In this document: one piece after another, positions 53,230 through 62,887 of the stretch
Layout of the letters: each line of letters starts with the position of its first letter
How positions within the stretch are numbered: the stretch's first letter is position 1
Source: Coriobacteriia bacterium
GTDB lineage: Bacteria > Actinomycetota > Coriobacteriia > Coriobacteriales > Eggerthellaceae
DNA: 64,000 bases
NCBI GenBank assembly: GCA_030530215.1
Contig: JAUMVJ010000008.1
Coordinates: forward strand, 403 to 64,402
Direction: 5' to 3'
Notes under the pieces: generated by a model
Seen by the model: only the letters and a program-made list of their open reading frames with translations
What the model was told of the DNA's origin: nothing
The model's database searches: none
Program-made: the position numbers and the translations under genes

Positions 53230-55266
53230 TCAAAATCCAAGGTACTCCAACTGAAAAGCCGCGCTAGCCAAAGCCGGAGCGCGCAGCCCTTCATCGAGAC
53301 CCTTGTAAACGTGATCCACTATCGCTTCCGGAGTTGGGCTGACCCCTTCCTCGAGCGCCGCCTTTATTTGTGCTAGGCGGGAAAGGCGATGGTCACGCGT
53401 TGCGTTGATGATCCTGTGGCATTGTCTAACGGGAACACCGTGCGCAGGCAAAAGAACTTTAGCCTTGGCGTCGCGTACAAGATGCTGAACCTTATCAAGA
53501 GATTCAAGATAGTCGGCAAGATTGCCATCCGGCTTTTTAAGAACGGTCGGCCCCTGCGAAAACAGAAGATCGCCCGTGATGGCATGCATCGTTCCTTCAA
53601 CAACAAAGCTCACCGAATCAGGGGAATGGCCTGGGGTGTGCAAAACCTCTATGGTCGGCAAGCCTGCTTGCCAGCTTTCTGTCTTGCCTGGCACCAAGGC
53701 GCCTTCTTCAAGAGGGATGCGACGCAACGGGGATTCCGAGGCCTCAGCGGCTTGTGCGGCTCGAGTGCTGTCGACAAGCCGTAAGTCAGCTTTCTCCCCT
53801 GCGACCTGCGCGCCGCCCGAGCCTTCAGCAACGCCCGCGGCCTCAGCGCGCTCGACCTCAGCAGCTTGCGCACCAGCCTCTTCCGTGGGCCAGAAGAACC
53901 ACGGGGCTCCCGCCTCCCGCGCAAGCGAAGCCGCGCCGGAAGTGTGGTCGGCGTGATAATGCGTGGTCAGCACGGCGGCAATATGCAAATTCCGCCCTTT
54001 GCACCACTCGATAATGGCAGGCACTTCCTCGGCAACGCCAGGGTCAACTACCACGCACGAACGCTTAAAACGCGCCGCAGCTCCAAAACTATCCGCCGCA
54101 GCAAACTCAGGCGAAGGGCCCAGAACAATCCACGTGTTGGTGCCCGTATAAGTCATGGGGCTCGGATTGGCATTCAAGTGACAATAGATGCGAGAATGAA
54201 CCCATCCCCCCTGCCAGTCTTTGGAATCCGCAATGAAGCCCTGCGGGGGCACATACTCGCCCGCCGCATCATAGTCGCTGCGGCAGCCCGCTAATTCATC
54301 GCTCTCACGCCAACGAAGAACAGGACGCTCGCCCAACTCATCTTCGTATTCAACATGAAAGGTGCACTTGCTTACCCTGCGGCGCGTCTGCACAAAGCTC
54401 TTCGCATCGCTCGCCTGCGCCAGGCGCGTAAGGTTTATCAAAGTCGGGGGCATAAGCTTCCATGCGCCAGCGTCGGCCTGCGCAAGCACGCGCGCGGGCG
54501 TTGTCCAATCGGCAATCGTAGCCTCGCTCGTATTGCCATCAGCCTGCTGGCCTTCAGGCATCAAGGCGCTAAAGAAATAGGTATCGTAACGGCGTGGCTC
54601 GTTTTGGGGCGTCTGCAAATTAGACACCAGCCCAAGCAGATCGGTGCGAAGCATCAACTTGTTCTCAATAAGAACCTCGGCAAAGGAAATCTCATGTCGC
54701 GCCAAGCTTCCACGCAGCTTGTTCCATTTTTCAGGGTGAGCCGCCGTAGAAACCGTATCCGTTCCGTCGGAGCCGGCAAGCAAAACACCCGCTTCCTCAA
54801 AAACCTCGCGCGCAGCGGCAACAATGGCCAAGCGGGCATCGTCCTCAGGGCAATTCATAAAAGCCGCCCACTCCGCAGGGCTTGGACCAAACCAGGGCAA
54901 ATTTGGCGTTGCGTCGCGCTTATCCACGCCACCACCCGGAAAAACCACCGCATTAGGAGCAAAAGCCATCGTACTTGCACGGCCCAGCATGAACACCTCA
55001 ATGTTCTGGCTTTGCGGGAAGTTGTCGGGATATTCGGAAGGGGCCCGGTTTCCATCAGGGTCGATGCCACCGATCCGATAACTATGGTTGCGCTCCCCGG
55101 CAACAGCGGGAGCCTCCGCATCGCGCACCAACAGAACGCTCGCGGAAAGCCGCGGCTTAACGGGTCGCGCCTGCGGCAGCAACTGATAGGAGTCGATAAT
55201 CTTGCGCTCGTTTTCGCCAGGCCAAGCCTCAACCAAACCCTCTTCAAATCGAATACGCATAGCCAC
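53230..55266 (-). CDS. NUDIX hydrolase / metallo-beta-lactamase-fold (LACTB2-like) fusion
   Basis: VFPGGGVD...AAAREVFEEAG, RRYDTYFF; NPSPMTYTGTNTW, THYHADH, TPGHSPD, TGD, LPAHG. Confidence 0.88.
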   Translation of the reverse strand: MAMRIRFEEGLVEAWPGENERKIIDSYQLLPQARPVKPRLSASVLLVRDAEAPAVAGERNHSYRIGGIDPDGNRAPSEYPDNFPQSQNIEVFMLGRASTMAFAPNAVVFPGGGVDKRDATPNLPWFGPSPAEWAAFMNCPEDDARLAIVAAAREVFEEAGVLLAGSDGTDTVSTAAHPEKWNKLRGSLARHEISFAEVLIENKLMLRTDLLGLVSNLQTPQNEPRRYDTYFFSALMPEGQQADGNTSEATIADWTTPARVLAQADAGAWKLMPPTLINLTRLAQASDAKSFVQTRRRVSKCTFHVEYEDELGERPVLRWRESDELAGCRSDYDAAGEYVPPQGFIADSKDWQGGWVHSRIYCHLNANPSPMTYTGTNTWIVLGPSPEFAAADSFGAAARFKRSCVVVDPGVAEEVPAIIEWCKGRNLHIAAVLTTHYHADHTSGAASLAREAGAPWFFWPTEEAGAQAAEVERAEAAGVAEGSGGAQVAGEKADLRLVDSTRAAQAAEASESPLRRIPLEEGALVPGKTESWQAGLPTIEVLHTPGHSPDSVSFVVEGTMHAITGDLLFSQGPTVLKKPDGNLADYLESLDKVQHLVRDAKAKVLLPAHGVPVRQCHRIINATRDHRLSRLAQIKAALEEGVSPTPEAIVDHVYKGLDEGLRAPALASAAFQLEYLGF

Positions 55267-55411
55267 CCCTATCTATGACTGTTTCTTTTAAGCAAAATTT
55301 GCCAATTACCTCGGAATTCGCATGCTAGTATCTCTGCACATTTAATTGCCCACATAAAGAATTCGAGTATTACTCGATAGACTACAAGCTTATTGGGGCC
55401 GTGGTAACAAA

Positions 55412-55879
55412 ATGGAAGAAAAAATGATGAACAAGAAAGTCAAAAGGGTAATCCTTGGAGCTGCCGTAGTTACGGTCTTATTTGCCGCCTGGTATTGCCT
55501 AATTCTCAAAGCACCTATTTCGCTATCAAGCGAGATCGCCAATCAGCTGAATGGTTCATCCGATTTTTCAATAGTCTCAATAGAGGAGATGGAAGCCGAC
55601 AAAACCCCCATTTTTGCCAACATCAATAGCTCTAGCTCAGAATGCGATGAGATTTTAAATGAAATCGGCAGCGCCCAAATTGTCTATAAGGAAGATGAAA
55701 TAGGGGTCGTCCTTGAGGGAAAACTCTACTCGATCTCAATTAAGTCAGAGACGGGCGACGAAACCATGTCTTTTACCCTCAATAACAAGAATGAACTTCA
55801 TATCAACAACAATGAAAAAACCTACTCGCTTAAAGACGATAAACTCTACAACCTTTGCAGTGAGCTCACTTATAGCTAA
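55412..55879 (+). CDS. Low-GC hypothetical membrane-anchored/secreted protein
   Basis: Basic N-terminus, hydrophobic helix, acidic ectodomain; the DNA is visibly AT-rich. Confidence 0.7.
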   Translation: MEEKMMNKKVKRVILGAAVVTVLFAAWYCLILKAPISLSSEIANQLNGSSDFSIVSIEEMEADKTPIFANINSSSSECDEILNEIGSAQIVYKEDEIGVVLEGKLYSISIKSETGDETMSFTLNNKNELHINNNEKTYSLKDDKLYNLCSELTYS

Positions 55880-55917
55880 ATAATTGAGAAGGCCAAGAAA
55901 GCGGGGACATGCACAGC

Positions 55918-55952
55918 AAGAAGGCGTTTCCTAAACAAGGAAACGCCTTCTT
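55918..55952. terminator. Bidirectional terminator
   Basis: AAGAAGGCGTTTCCT / AGGAAACGCCTTCTT. Confidence 0.85.
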
Positions 55953-55989
55953 TAGCTATTAGTGGTCAAATAAACGCAACAAAACCTTT

Positions 55990-56844
55990 CTACCTAAAGG
56001 TAATGCCCTCGGGAAGATCGTTGGGGTCAAATTCGTAGGCCTCTTCTTCCTCTTCCTCAGGAGCCTCCACTGTCTCCACCACAGGAACAGGCTTGCCGAA
56101 AACAGCGTCGAAAGCTTCGAAGTTGAAACGCGGGACTGCAAAGACAATCTTGGGAATTGCGCCTTGATGTGCAGAAATCCATTTCTCGAACAGCTCAATA
56201 ACCTGGCTTTCATCGTAGCCATTACGGCCGCAGCCGAAAGCGCCAACCACCAGAACATCGCACTCCTTAAAAGCAGCAACGCGAAGAAGCGTCTCGATGC
56301 GGTTGGCAAGTGCCTGGTCGCATTCATTTTCCGAACGATGGTTTTCCAGGGCACGCCCACGAACGGGCTCCGGAATCGCCAGAATATCGTGCTTGGCAAT
56401 ATTGCCACCTCGGTTGAAGGTAACGTCCTGCAGGTAAACGCAGCGGTCGGTGAAAAGCATGCCGCGGCCATAGCTGCGATTCTTGTCATGGTATTCAGCC
56501 TTCAGGCCCTGGAGAATGGGATACAGGTTGCTATCGGAACAGAGCGCCTGCTCGGGGCCAAAGGAGCCTTCCTCATAATTGCCGCCAGGACGCGTGAACG
56601 CCGTAGGGTCAACAATCAAAACCTTGCCTTTTTGCCCAGCTGCGCAGGCAGCAGCAAATTGCGTGCTTACCTCGGTTTCGGTCTGCTCGGCGCGAGGCTC
56701 GGGAATCTCAAGCTCGCGACCTTCGCCATCCTCGAAAATCTGCGCGGATTCGATTGCCGCCTGGGTTTCCGCCGCAAAAACACCCTTCATCAAGGAAAGA
56801 TGCTTCTTTGCCTGAGCTGCACGTTCTTCTTTTGAAATAGCCAT
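55990..56844 (-). CDS. Microbial PARG-like macrodomain protein (TIGR02452/DUF2263) with a degenerate catalytic loop
   Basis: PGGNYEEGSFGPEQALCSDSNLY, RIETLLRVAA, LVVGAFGCG, IVFAV. Confidence 0.8.
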   Translation of the reverse strand: MAISKEERAAQAKKHLSLMKGVFAAETQAAIESAQIFEDGEGRELEIPEPRAEQTETEVSTQFAAACAAGQKGKVLIVDPTAFTRPGGNYEEGSFGPEQALCSDSNLYPILQGLKAEYHDKNRSYGRGMLFTDRCVYLQDVTFNRGGNIAKHDILAIPEPVRGRALENHRSENECDQALANRIETLLRVAAFKECDVLVVGAFGCGRNGYDESQVIELFEKWISAHQGAIPKIVFAVPRFNFEAFDAVFGKPVPVVETVEAPEEEEEEAYEFDPNDLPEGITFR

Positions 56845-56910
56845 GAAAGCCTCACTTTTAACAAAATAATTTGTGCCTAGTTTATCGCGATTACAAAGGT
56901 TTCCACCAGC

Positions 56911-56939
56911 AAAAAGAAAGGACCCCGAAGGGTCCTTTC
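56911..56939 (-). terminator. Terminator after the OYE reductase gene
   Basis: GAAAGGACCC-CGAA-GGGTCCTTTC plus a T-tract on the minus strand. Confidence 0.85.
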
Positions 56940-56963
56940 CGGAAGGCTTGAAAACTCGACCTA

Positions 56964-59117
56964 TTAAAGGGTCATGCCCAGGATGTAGCCGTCGCGAACA
57001 GACTCGAGAACGCGCTTGAACTCGGGAGTCTTGTAGGGGTCGGCGTCGGCCACGGGGCCGATCTTGTCTTCCTCGTGGGGAGCGCCGCCACCGATGATGT
57101 GAACATGATCGGCGTCGATGCCCTTTGCCAGAACCTCGTCGTACAGGGAGGTGTTGTCGACCATCTCGGTACCGCAAATGATGGTATCGGCGGGGATGGT
57201 GGTCTGCTGACCCTGCTTGTACTCGGTCTTCATGTTGTCCTTGGTGTCGGCGGTTGCCTCAACGACAACGCCTTCCTTGGTGTAGGCAACAACCTTGGTG
57301 TCGGTCATGATGCGAACGCCAGCGGACTTAAGAGCACGCAGCTCGGGGTTCTTGTCGATGATGCCGATCTGATCGCCAGCCTTCTTGCGGGGCTCGACGA
57401 CGGTGACATTGCGGCCCTCATGCATGGAGGAAGCAACCTCGATACCAGCGAAGCCGCCGCCGATAACGACGAGGTTCTTCTTGACGAGGATGTGAGTGCC
57501 AAGGCCCCACTGCATCAAGGGCAGGGGTGCACCGAGCATGCCCATGCCGAGGCAGGACAGGCCCCACATGAAGCCCATGCCGGGGGTGTTGTGGCCCTCG
57601 ACGAGCTCCTTCAGAGCGTGGGAGTCGATGACGTTCTTGTTGTTCTTGCCGGGAACGTCGGGGGAAGAGGTCTCGGGGCCGGTAGCAACGATGACCTCGT
57701 CAGCGCCGAAGTTGGCAACGAAGTTGGCATCGGCCTTAGTGTTCAGGCGAACATCGATGCCAAGGCGCTTCATCTCGTTCTGATACCAAGCGGTCAGAGG
57801 GATGATCTCGTCGTTGAGAACCTGAGCGAGGTTCAGCAGGCCGCCGACCTTCTTCTTCTGGTCAACGACGGTGATGTTCTTGTAGCCGCGAAGCTTGAGG
57901 TTACGAGCAGCCTCGCAACCAGCAGCGCCAGCACCGATGATGAGGATCTTCTTGTCGGTGTCGGTTGCGGGATGCTCCTCGGGCAGGCCGTACTGAGAGA
58001 AGTACACGTTGGGGTTGACGGAGCACTTGCAGGGCTTGCCGATGAAGATGTTGTCGAGGCAGCGGGAGCAAACGATGCAGGGCTTAACCTCATCGATGCG
58101 ATCCTCGTGGACCTTGACGCCCATCTCGGGCTCGGCGATCCAGTGACGTGCCATGCCGGCTGCGTCGCCGGAACCGTCGGTCAGGATCTTCTCGCAAACG
58201 TCGAGGTGGTTGATACGAGTGCCGGGGAAGCAAGGAAGCTTGGTGTACTTCTTGGCCTCCTTGGACAGGTAGATGAACTCACCCTCGGGAACGAGCTGGT
58301 TGGCAACGGGGCGAGGAGCCTCGTGGAAGCCGGCCTGGATGGACCAAGCGTCGACGCCGTGAGCCTCAACAACCTCGATGACCTCCTTGAGGTCCTCGAC
58401 GCGCTGGCCGCCGGGCATCAGGTCGTCTGCGGAGTAACGAACGAGGATGGGCATGTCCTCGCCGCAGGTCTTGTGGATCTCGTCGATGATGTCGGTGAGA
58501 AGCTTGCAACGACCCTTGGTGTCTCCGCCGTACTCGTCGGTACGATGGTTGGAGTACTTGGAGATGAAGCGCATGACCATGTAGCCGATGCCTGCGTGGA
58601 TCTCGATGATGTCGATGCCGCCCTCTTTGCAGCGACGAGCTGCCTGGCCGTACTGCTCGACGACCTGGTGGATCTCCTCGACGGTGAACTCACGCTCGGG
58701 CATGCCGACGAAGGGGCCGGACATAACGTCCTTGGAAGGAGCATAGGAAAGCAGGGGCTGGGTGCCGTCAAGACGCCACTCGTAGCAAAGCTGCAGCTGA
58801 GCGGCAAGCTTGGCGCCATGCTTGTGGCAGGCGTCGGCGGTTGCCTTCAGGCCAGGAATGAACTGGTCGTCCCAAACACCAACAGCACCGGTGGTGGTGT
58901 GGTACTTGGGCTCGGTGTCGAAGCAGTCGCAGACGTAGCAAGAGCCGATCTCGATCAGGCCTGCGCCGCCCTTTGCGCGCTGCTCGTAGAAGTTGATGAG
59001 GTCTTCGCCGATAGCGTAGTTCTCGGTCTTCTCGATGGTCATGGGCAGCATGACGAAACGATTACGGATTTCGACGTTGCCGATCTTAAACGGCGTGTCG
59101 AGCTTGGGATACTTCAC
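56964..59117 (-). CDS. Old Yellow Enzyme family FMN/4Fe-4S/FAD ene-reductase (FadH/BaiCD-like architecture)
   Basis: IRNRFVMLPM, RAKGGAGLI, NHRTDEYGG, PCIVCSRC...CSVNP, IIGAGAAG, VIGGGFAG. Confidence 0.92.
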   Translation of the reverse strand: MKYPKLDTPFKIGNVEIRNRFVMLPMTIEKTENYAIGEDLINFYEQRAKGGAGLIEIGSCYVCDCFDTEPKYHTTTGAVGVWDDQFIPGLKATADACHKHGAKLAAQLQLCYEWRLDGTQPLLSYAPSKDVMSGPFVGMPEREFTVEEIHQVVEQYGQAARRCKEGGIDIIEIHAGIGYMVMRFISKYSNHRTDEYGGDTKGRCKLLTDIIDEIHKTCGEDMPILVRYSADDLMPGGQRVEDLKEVIEVVEAHGVDAWSIQAGFHEAPRPVANQLVPEGEFIYLSKEAKKYTKLPCFPGTRINHLDVCEKILTDGSGDAAGMARHWIAEPEMGVKVHEDRIDEVKPCIVCSRCLDNIFIGKPCKCSVNPNVYFSQYGLPEEHPATDTDKKILIIGAGAAGCEAARNLKLRGYKNITVVDQKKKVGGLLNLAQVLNDEIIPLTAWYQNEMKRLGIDVRLNTKADANFVANFGADEVIVATGPETSSPDVPGKNNKNVIDSHALKELVEGHNTPGMGFMWGLSCLGMGMLGAPLPLMQWGLGTHILVKKNLVVIGGGFAGIEVASSMHEGRNVTVVEPRKKAGDQIGIIDKNPELRALKSAGVRIMTDTKVVAYTKEGVVVEATADTKDNMKTEYKQGQQTTIPADTIICGTEMVDNTSLYDEVLAKGIDADHVHIIGGGAPHEEDKIGPVADADPYKTPEFKRVLESVRDGYILGMTL

Positions 59118-59476
59118 GTACAGCCCCTTTCATGAAGAACATTGTGTGAACCTTCGTTCTCTGGAGCCGTATATCATCGTCGATGGCGCATGCTTCCGTG
59201 CCCTCCAAGCACCGAAATGGAACCATGCGGCATCAACAATGACCTTTTGCTCCTAGTCTCGTTATTGTACGGCAGATATTCCCTTTTTTTGAATTTTTGT
59301 TCGGTTCTGGATACGAAAAACGGCTGTTTTTTGAAAACTTGAACGCTTTTCGTCTATTTGCCGATTCTGGTATGCCACATTTCTTAATATCTGTCCCCAA
59401 ATTCGAGGAAATTCGTATACTGAGAATTAGCAAGGAGGGGCTATTTCCTAGGTTCCAATGGACAGAAGGGAGAGAA

Positions 59477-60133
59477 ATGCCACCTCTCGACACAAAACTT
59501 ATGATCGCAGACGCCTTTGTCGAGCTGTGCAACGAACAACCCTTAAAGAAGGTTTCCGTTTCCGACATCGTAAAGCGAACGAACAAGAACCGCAAAACCT
59601 TCTACTACCACTTCGTGGACAAGGAATCTTTGATCATCTGGCGCTTCCGCTACGACCTTGGAATGGAGCTCCATCGCAGGTTCCCTGACAGCGTGCTGGT
59701 GTACCAGCACGACACCGACGATCCCTGCGCCGAGTTCCCCTACTACATCACCCTGAAATCGGGCGTTCGCTCACTTGACCACTCGAAGTTCTTCGACGCA
59801 TATGCGACCGTCCTCGAGCGTCGCAGCAACTTCTACAGCCAAGCGCTCCTGGAAACCGGACCGCATTCCTTGCGCGAATATCTCTACAACCTGTACCTGC
59901 CGGCTCTGCGCCACGATATCGACATCATCCTGGCAAACCGCTACCTAGCCGAGGAAAACATCGAGTTTTTGGCCGAGTTCTACACTGCCGCCTTCGTGTA
60001 TTACTTCATCCGCAAGTGCGACCAGCCAGGCGCCAAGCACCTGATGAGCAACGCCGGCCCCTTCAGCAACATCATCCATTCCAGCCTGGAAAATCAAATC
60101 AAGGAAGCCCAGCTTCGCCGCAACCTGCCTTAA
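59477..60133 (+). CDS. TetR/AcrR-family regulator (DhaS-like C-terminus)
   Basis: KVSVSDIVKRTNKNRKTFYYHFVDKESL; divergent from the OYE gene. Confidence 0.9.
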   Translation: MPPLDTKLMIADAFVELCNEQPLKKVSVSDIVKRTNKNRKTFYYHFVDKESLIIWRFRYDLGMELHRRFPDSVLVYQHDTDDPCAEFPYYITLKSGVRSLDHSKFFDAYATVLERRSNFYSQALLETGPHSLREYLYNLYLPALRHDIDIILANRYLAEENIEFLAEFYTAAFVYYFIRKCDQPGAKHLMSNAGPFSNIIHSSLENQIKEAQLRRNLP

Positions 60134-60309
60134 CAAGGCAATGTGGCCTTCATCAGTTGCCTGCAAACGCAGCGCAACTTTCGGCATGCAAAGCCCAACG
60201 CAGGTCAAGGAAGCCCGCTGCCCGCATGCGTGCTGCGGGAAAACAGAACCGCTGCTCAACGCATACCGCTATGCGACAAGCGCAGCGCAGCTGCTGCAAC
60301 GTAGCCACG

Positions 60310-61464
60310 CTACTTGTCGTATTTATCCATGATAAGAGGTGCCGAAATGTAGACCATGATCTGGTCGGTGCCCTCTGCAATCTGGTTGCCGCGGCAATCC
60401 TCCCAAATGCGGCTCACGCGGCTCCCCTCGGTGTAGCCCGAGCCGCCAAGAATCTGCATAGCCGCGCTGGCGACGTCCGTCGCCGCTTTGGGGATGTAGC
60501 GCTTGCACAGGCTTACCGCCAAACGTTTGTCTTCTTGGTCGGCCTCGATCGCCCACACCGCGCGATACAGCATCGAGCGCATGTTGGTAAGGGCGACCTC
60601 CATGTCGGTAAGCAGCTGGGCGATTTGCTGGAAGTTTGCTATCTCGGTGCCGAAAGCTTCGCGCTCGCGCGCAAAGGAAATCGCATCCTCCATGGCCGCC
60701 TGAGCCATACCAAGGCTAGAAGCGCAGGTGAAAATACGCCCGAACTCCAGCAAGTGGAACAGCTGCCTAAACCCACCATCGTTGCCCGTTAGGCGGTATT
60801 CGGGCTTAAGCTCTACATTCTGAAACTCGACCGAAGCGAAGGGCAGCATCTTCTGACCCATCTTGTCGATGGGCATCTTGGTAATGCCCTGCAAATTGCT
60901 GGGGATAAGCCAGAATGCCAGGGGCGGATATTTCTCCTGCTCGGCGTCCTTATCGATGGCAGCAACCAAAATGTTGGGCGCATATTCACCATTGTTCACA
61001 TAGGTTTTAGCGCCGTTAAGGTAAATCGTGCCGCCGATGGTTTGCGTGTTGGTTCTCATATTCATGGTGTCGGAACCGGCATGGGGCTCGGACACACCCA
61101 TGCTGAACATAAGACGACCCGTTTTGCGGTAATCGTCCAAAATGCGGCTGAAGGTCTTGCGCCCGGCAAAACCTCCCATGATCTGCAGATTGAAAAGCTC
61201 ATTCTGGAAGGGCAAAGTGGCACCAGCGCAACGAGAGAGCTCTTCAAGGATGAGCGTCTGGTTCATTACCGAGTTGCTGAAAGCGTCGACCTCGGCCTGG
61301 CCCAAAGTGCTGAAATACAGCTCGGCGAATTCGGCCACCACCGCATCGGGCAAGCCGCCGTCGCGGCACCATTGCGCCACCTGCTCAGTCGTGAAGGTTC
61401 GCTCACCGAACTCGCGAAATACTCCCACCAAATCTTTTTGTTCACTCGAAAGCCCGAATTCCAT
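60310..61464 (-). CDS. Acyl-CoA dehydrogenase (CaiA/YdiO-like)
   Basis: SEPHAGSD, LNGAKTYV, KMGQ, REAFG, FQQI, QILGGSGY, IAEGTDQI. Confidence 0.9.
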   Translation of the reverse strand: MEFGLSSEQKDLVGVFREFGERTFTTEQVAQWCRDGGLPDAVVAEFAELYFSTLGQAEVDAFSNSVMNQTLILEELSRCAGATLPFQNELFNLQIMGGFAGRKTFSRILDDYRKTGRLMFSMGVSEPHAGSDTMNMRTNTQTIGGTIYLNGAKTYVNNGEYAPNILVAAIDKDAEQEKYPPLAFWLIPSNLQGITKMPIDKMGQKMLPFASVEFQNVELKPEYRLTGNDGGFRQLFHLLEFGRIFTCASSLGMAQAAMEDAISFAREREAFGTEIANFQQIAQLLTDMEVALTNMRSMLYRAVWAIEADQEDKRLAVSLCKRYIPKAATDVASAAMQILGGSGYTEGSRVSRIWEDCRGNQIAEGTDQIMVYISAPLIMDKYDK

Positions 61465-61654
61465 ATCCCCCTCTTTTCCCTTTCCTTGCAATTTTCGCAC
61501 GAAGAACCAGGGCGAACCTTACCCAATGCGAAGAAACTGGGAAAACAAAAGCCGGGCGCCCCGCGCTTCACTTCCTCCTTGGATTAAAAGGAAGAAGGGG
61601 AAACGCAAAGCACCCGGCTTAGAAACTTAAGCCAGAAAGCCCAAGCTCAAAAGG

Positions 61655-62692
61655 CTACATGATCTTGACGACCCAGCCCTCGGGGCCCTCGATCTTGCCC
61701 TGCTGAATATCGGTCAAGGTTGCACGAAGCTTCTTCATAACGGGGCCGGAAGTCGTAGCGCCCTCGGGGAACTCGACCACGGTGTCGCCGTCTTCGATAT
61801 GGCCGACGGGACTGATGACCGCAGCGGTACCGCACAGGCCGCACTCAACGAAGTTGCCGTCAAGAACTTCCTGCCATTTAACAGGGCGCTCAACGACGCT
61901 CATGCCGCACAGGTCACGCGCCACGACGACAAGCGAGCGGCGAGTGATGGAGGGCAGGATGGAATCGGTATGGGACTGGGGAACAACGAGCGTGCCTTCT
62001 TTATCGACGAACATAACGTTAGCGCCGCCCGTCTCTTCAACGTAGGTGCGAGACTGGGAATCCAGATAGAGGTTCTCGGCGTAGCCAGCAGCGTGAGCCT
62101 CCATGCCGGGGCGCAAAGACATGGCGTAGTTAAGGCCTGCCTTGATGTTGCCGGTGCCATGAGGAGCCGCACGATCGTACTTGGCGATGCCCAAGGTAAC
62201 TGCGGTATCGCCGCCCTTGAAGTAAGGACCAACAGGGGTAACCAGGATGCGGAACTGGTATTCGTCGGCAGGCTTGACGCCGATAACGTCGCCGGTTGCG
62301 AACATGAAGGGGCGGACGTACAGGGTTGCGCCGGAGCCGAAAGGCGGAACCCATGCAGCGTTGGCCTTGACGACCATCTTCACCGCTTCGACGAACTTAT
62401 CCTCGGGGAGGGAAGGCATGCACAGACGCTCAGCGGAATCAGCCATGCGCTTTGCATTCAGGTCGGGGCGGAAGCAAACAATATCGCCGTTCTCGGCGGT
62501 ATAAGCCTTCAAGCCCTCGAAGACTTCCTGGCAATAATGCAAGATGCCGGCGCATTCGCTCATCTGAAGGGAATGATCAGGCGTCAAGCCGCCTTCCTCC
62601 CAAGCACCGTTCTTGTAGTTGCACACGTAGCTGTAGTCGGTCTTCATGTAACCGAAGGGCAAGTTAGCCCAGTCGATATCCTTCTTTTCCAT
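61655..62692 (-). CDS. ilvE: Branched-chain amino acid aminotransferase
   Basis: HYCQEVFEGLKAY, FRPDLN, LYVRPF, KAGLNY, EETGGAN, ILPSITR, GTAAVISP. Confidence 0.95.
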   Translation of the reverse strand: MEKKDIDWANLPFGYMKTDYSYVCNYKNGAWEEGGLTPDHSLQMSECAGILHYCQEVFEGLKAYTAENGDIVCFRPDLNAKRMADSAERLCMPSLPEDKFVEAVKMVVKANAAWVPPFGSGATLYVRPFMFATGDVIGVKPADEYQFRILVTPVGPYFKGGDTAVTLGIAKYDRAAPHGTGNIKAGLNYAMSLRPGMEAHAAGYAENLYLDSQSRTYVEETGGANVMFVDKEGTLVVPQSHTDSILPSITRRSLVVVARDLCGMSVVERPVKWQEVLDGNFVECGLCGTAAVISPVGHIEDGDTVVEFPEGATTSGPVMKKLRATLTDIQQGKIEGPEGWVVKIM

Positions 62693-62832
62693 GGTGGCTC
62701 CCTTTGAGTCTTTCAATTTCTCGTAAACGCGATTCTACTCCCCTTGCACGCAAAACTCTAAATCTGTTGCAGCAAATTCGATTCTTTTACGCGAAAGGAA
62801 GATTTACCCGCACACGCGGGACTGCACGAAAA

Positions 62833-62859
62833 GAGGCGAAGCCAAAACGGCTTCGCCTC
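62833..62859 (-). terminator. Terminator after the glutamine synthetase gene
   Basis: GAGGCGAAGCC / GGCTTCGCCTC plus TTTT on the minus strand. Confidence 0.8.
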
Positions 62860-62887
62860 AGATTCACGGTTTGAGCTACTGGTGTTC

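Noticed and set aside
57075-59135. Long antisense ORFs (686 aa here; also 4867-6084, 9223-10464, 20563-21813, 26057-27436, 35395-36756, 48493-50001, 51363-52646)
   Set aside because: They mirror well-supported genes on the opposite strand, which is expected from GC-biased codon usage; no motifs were recognised.
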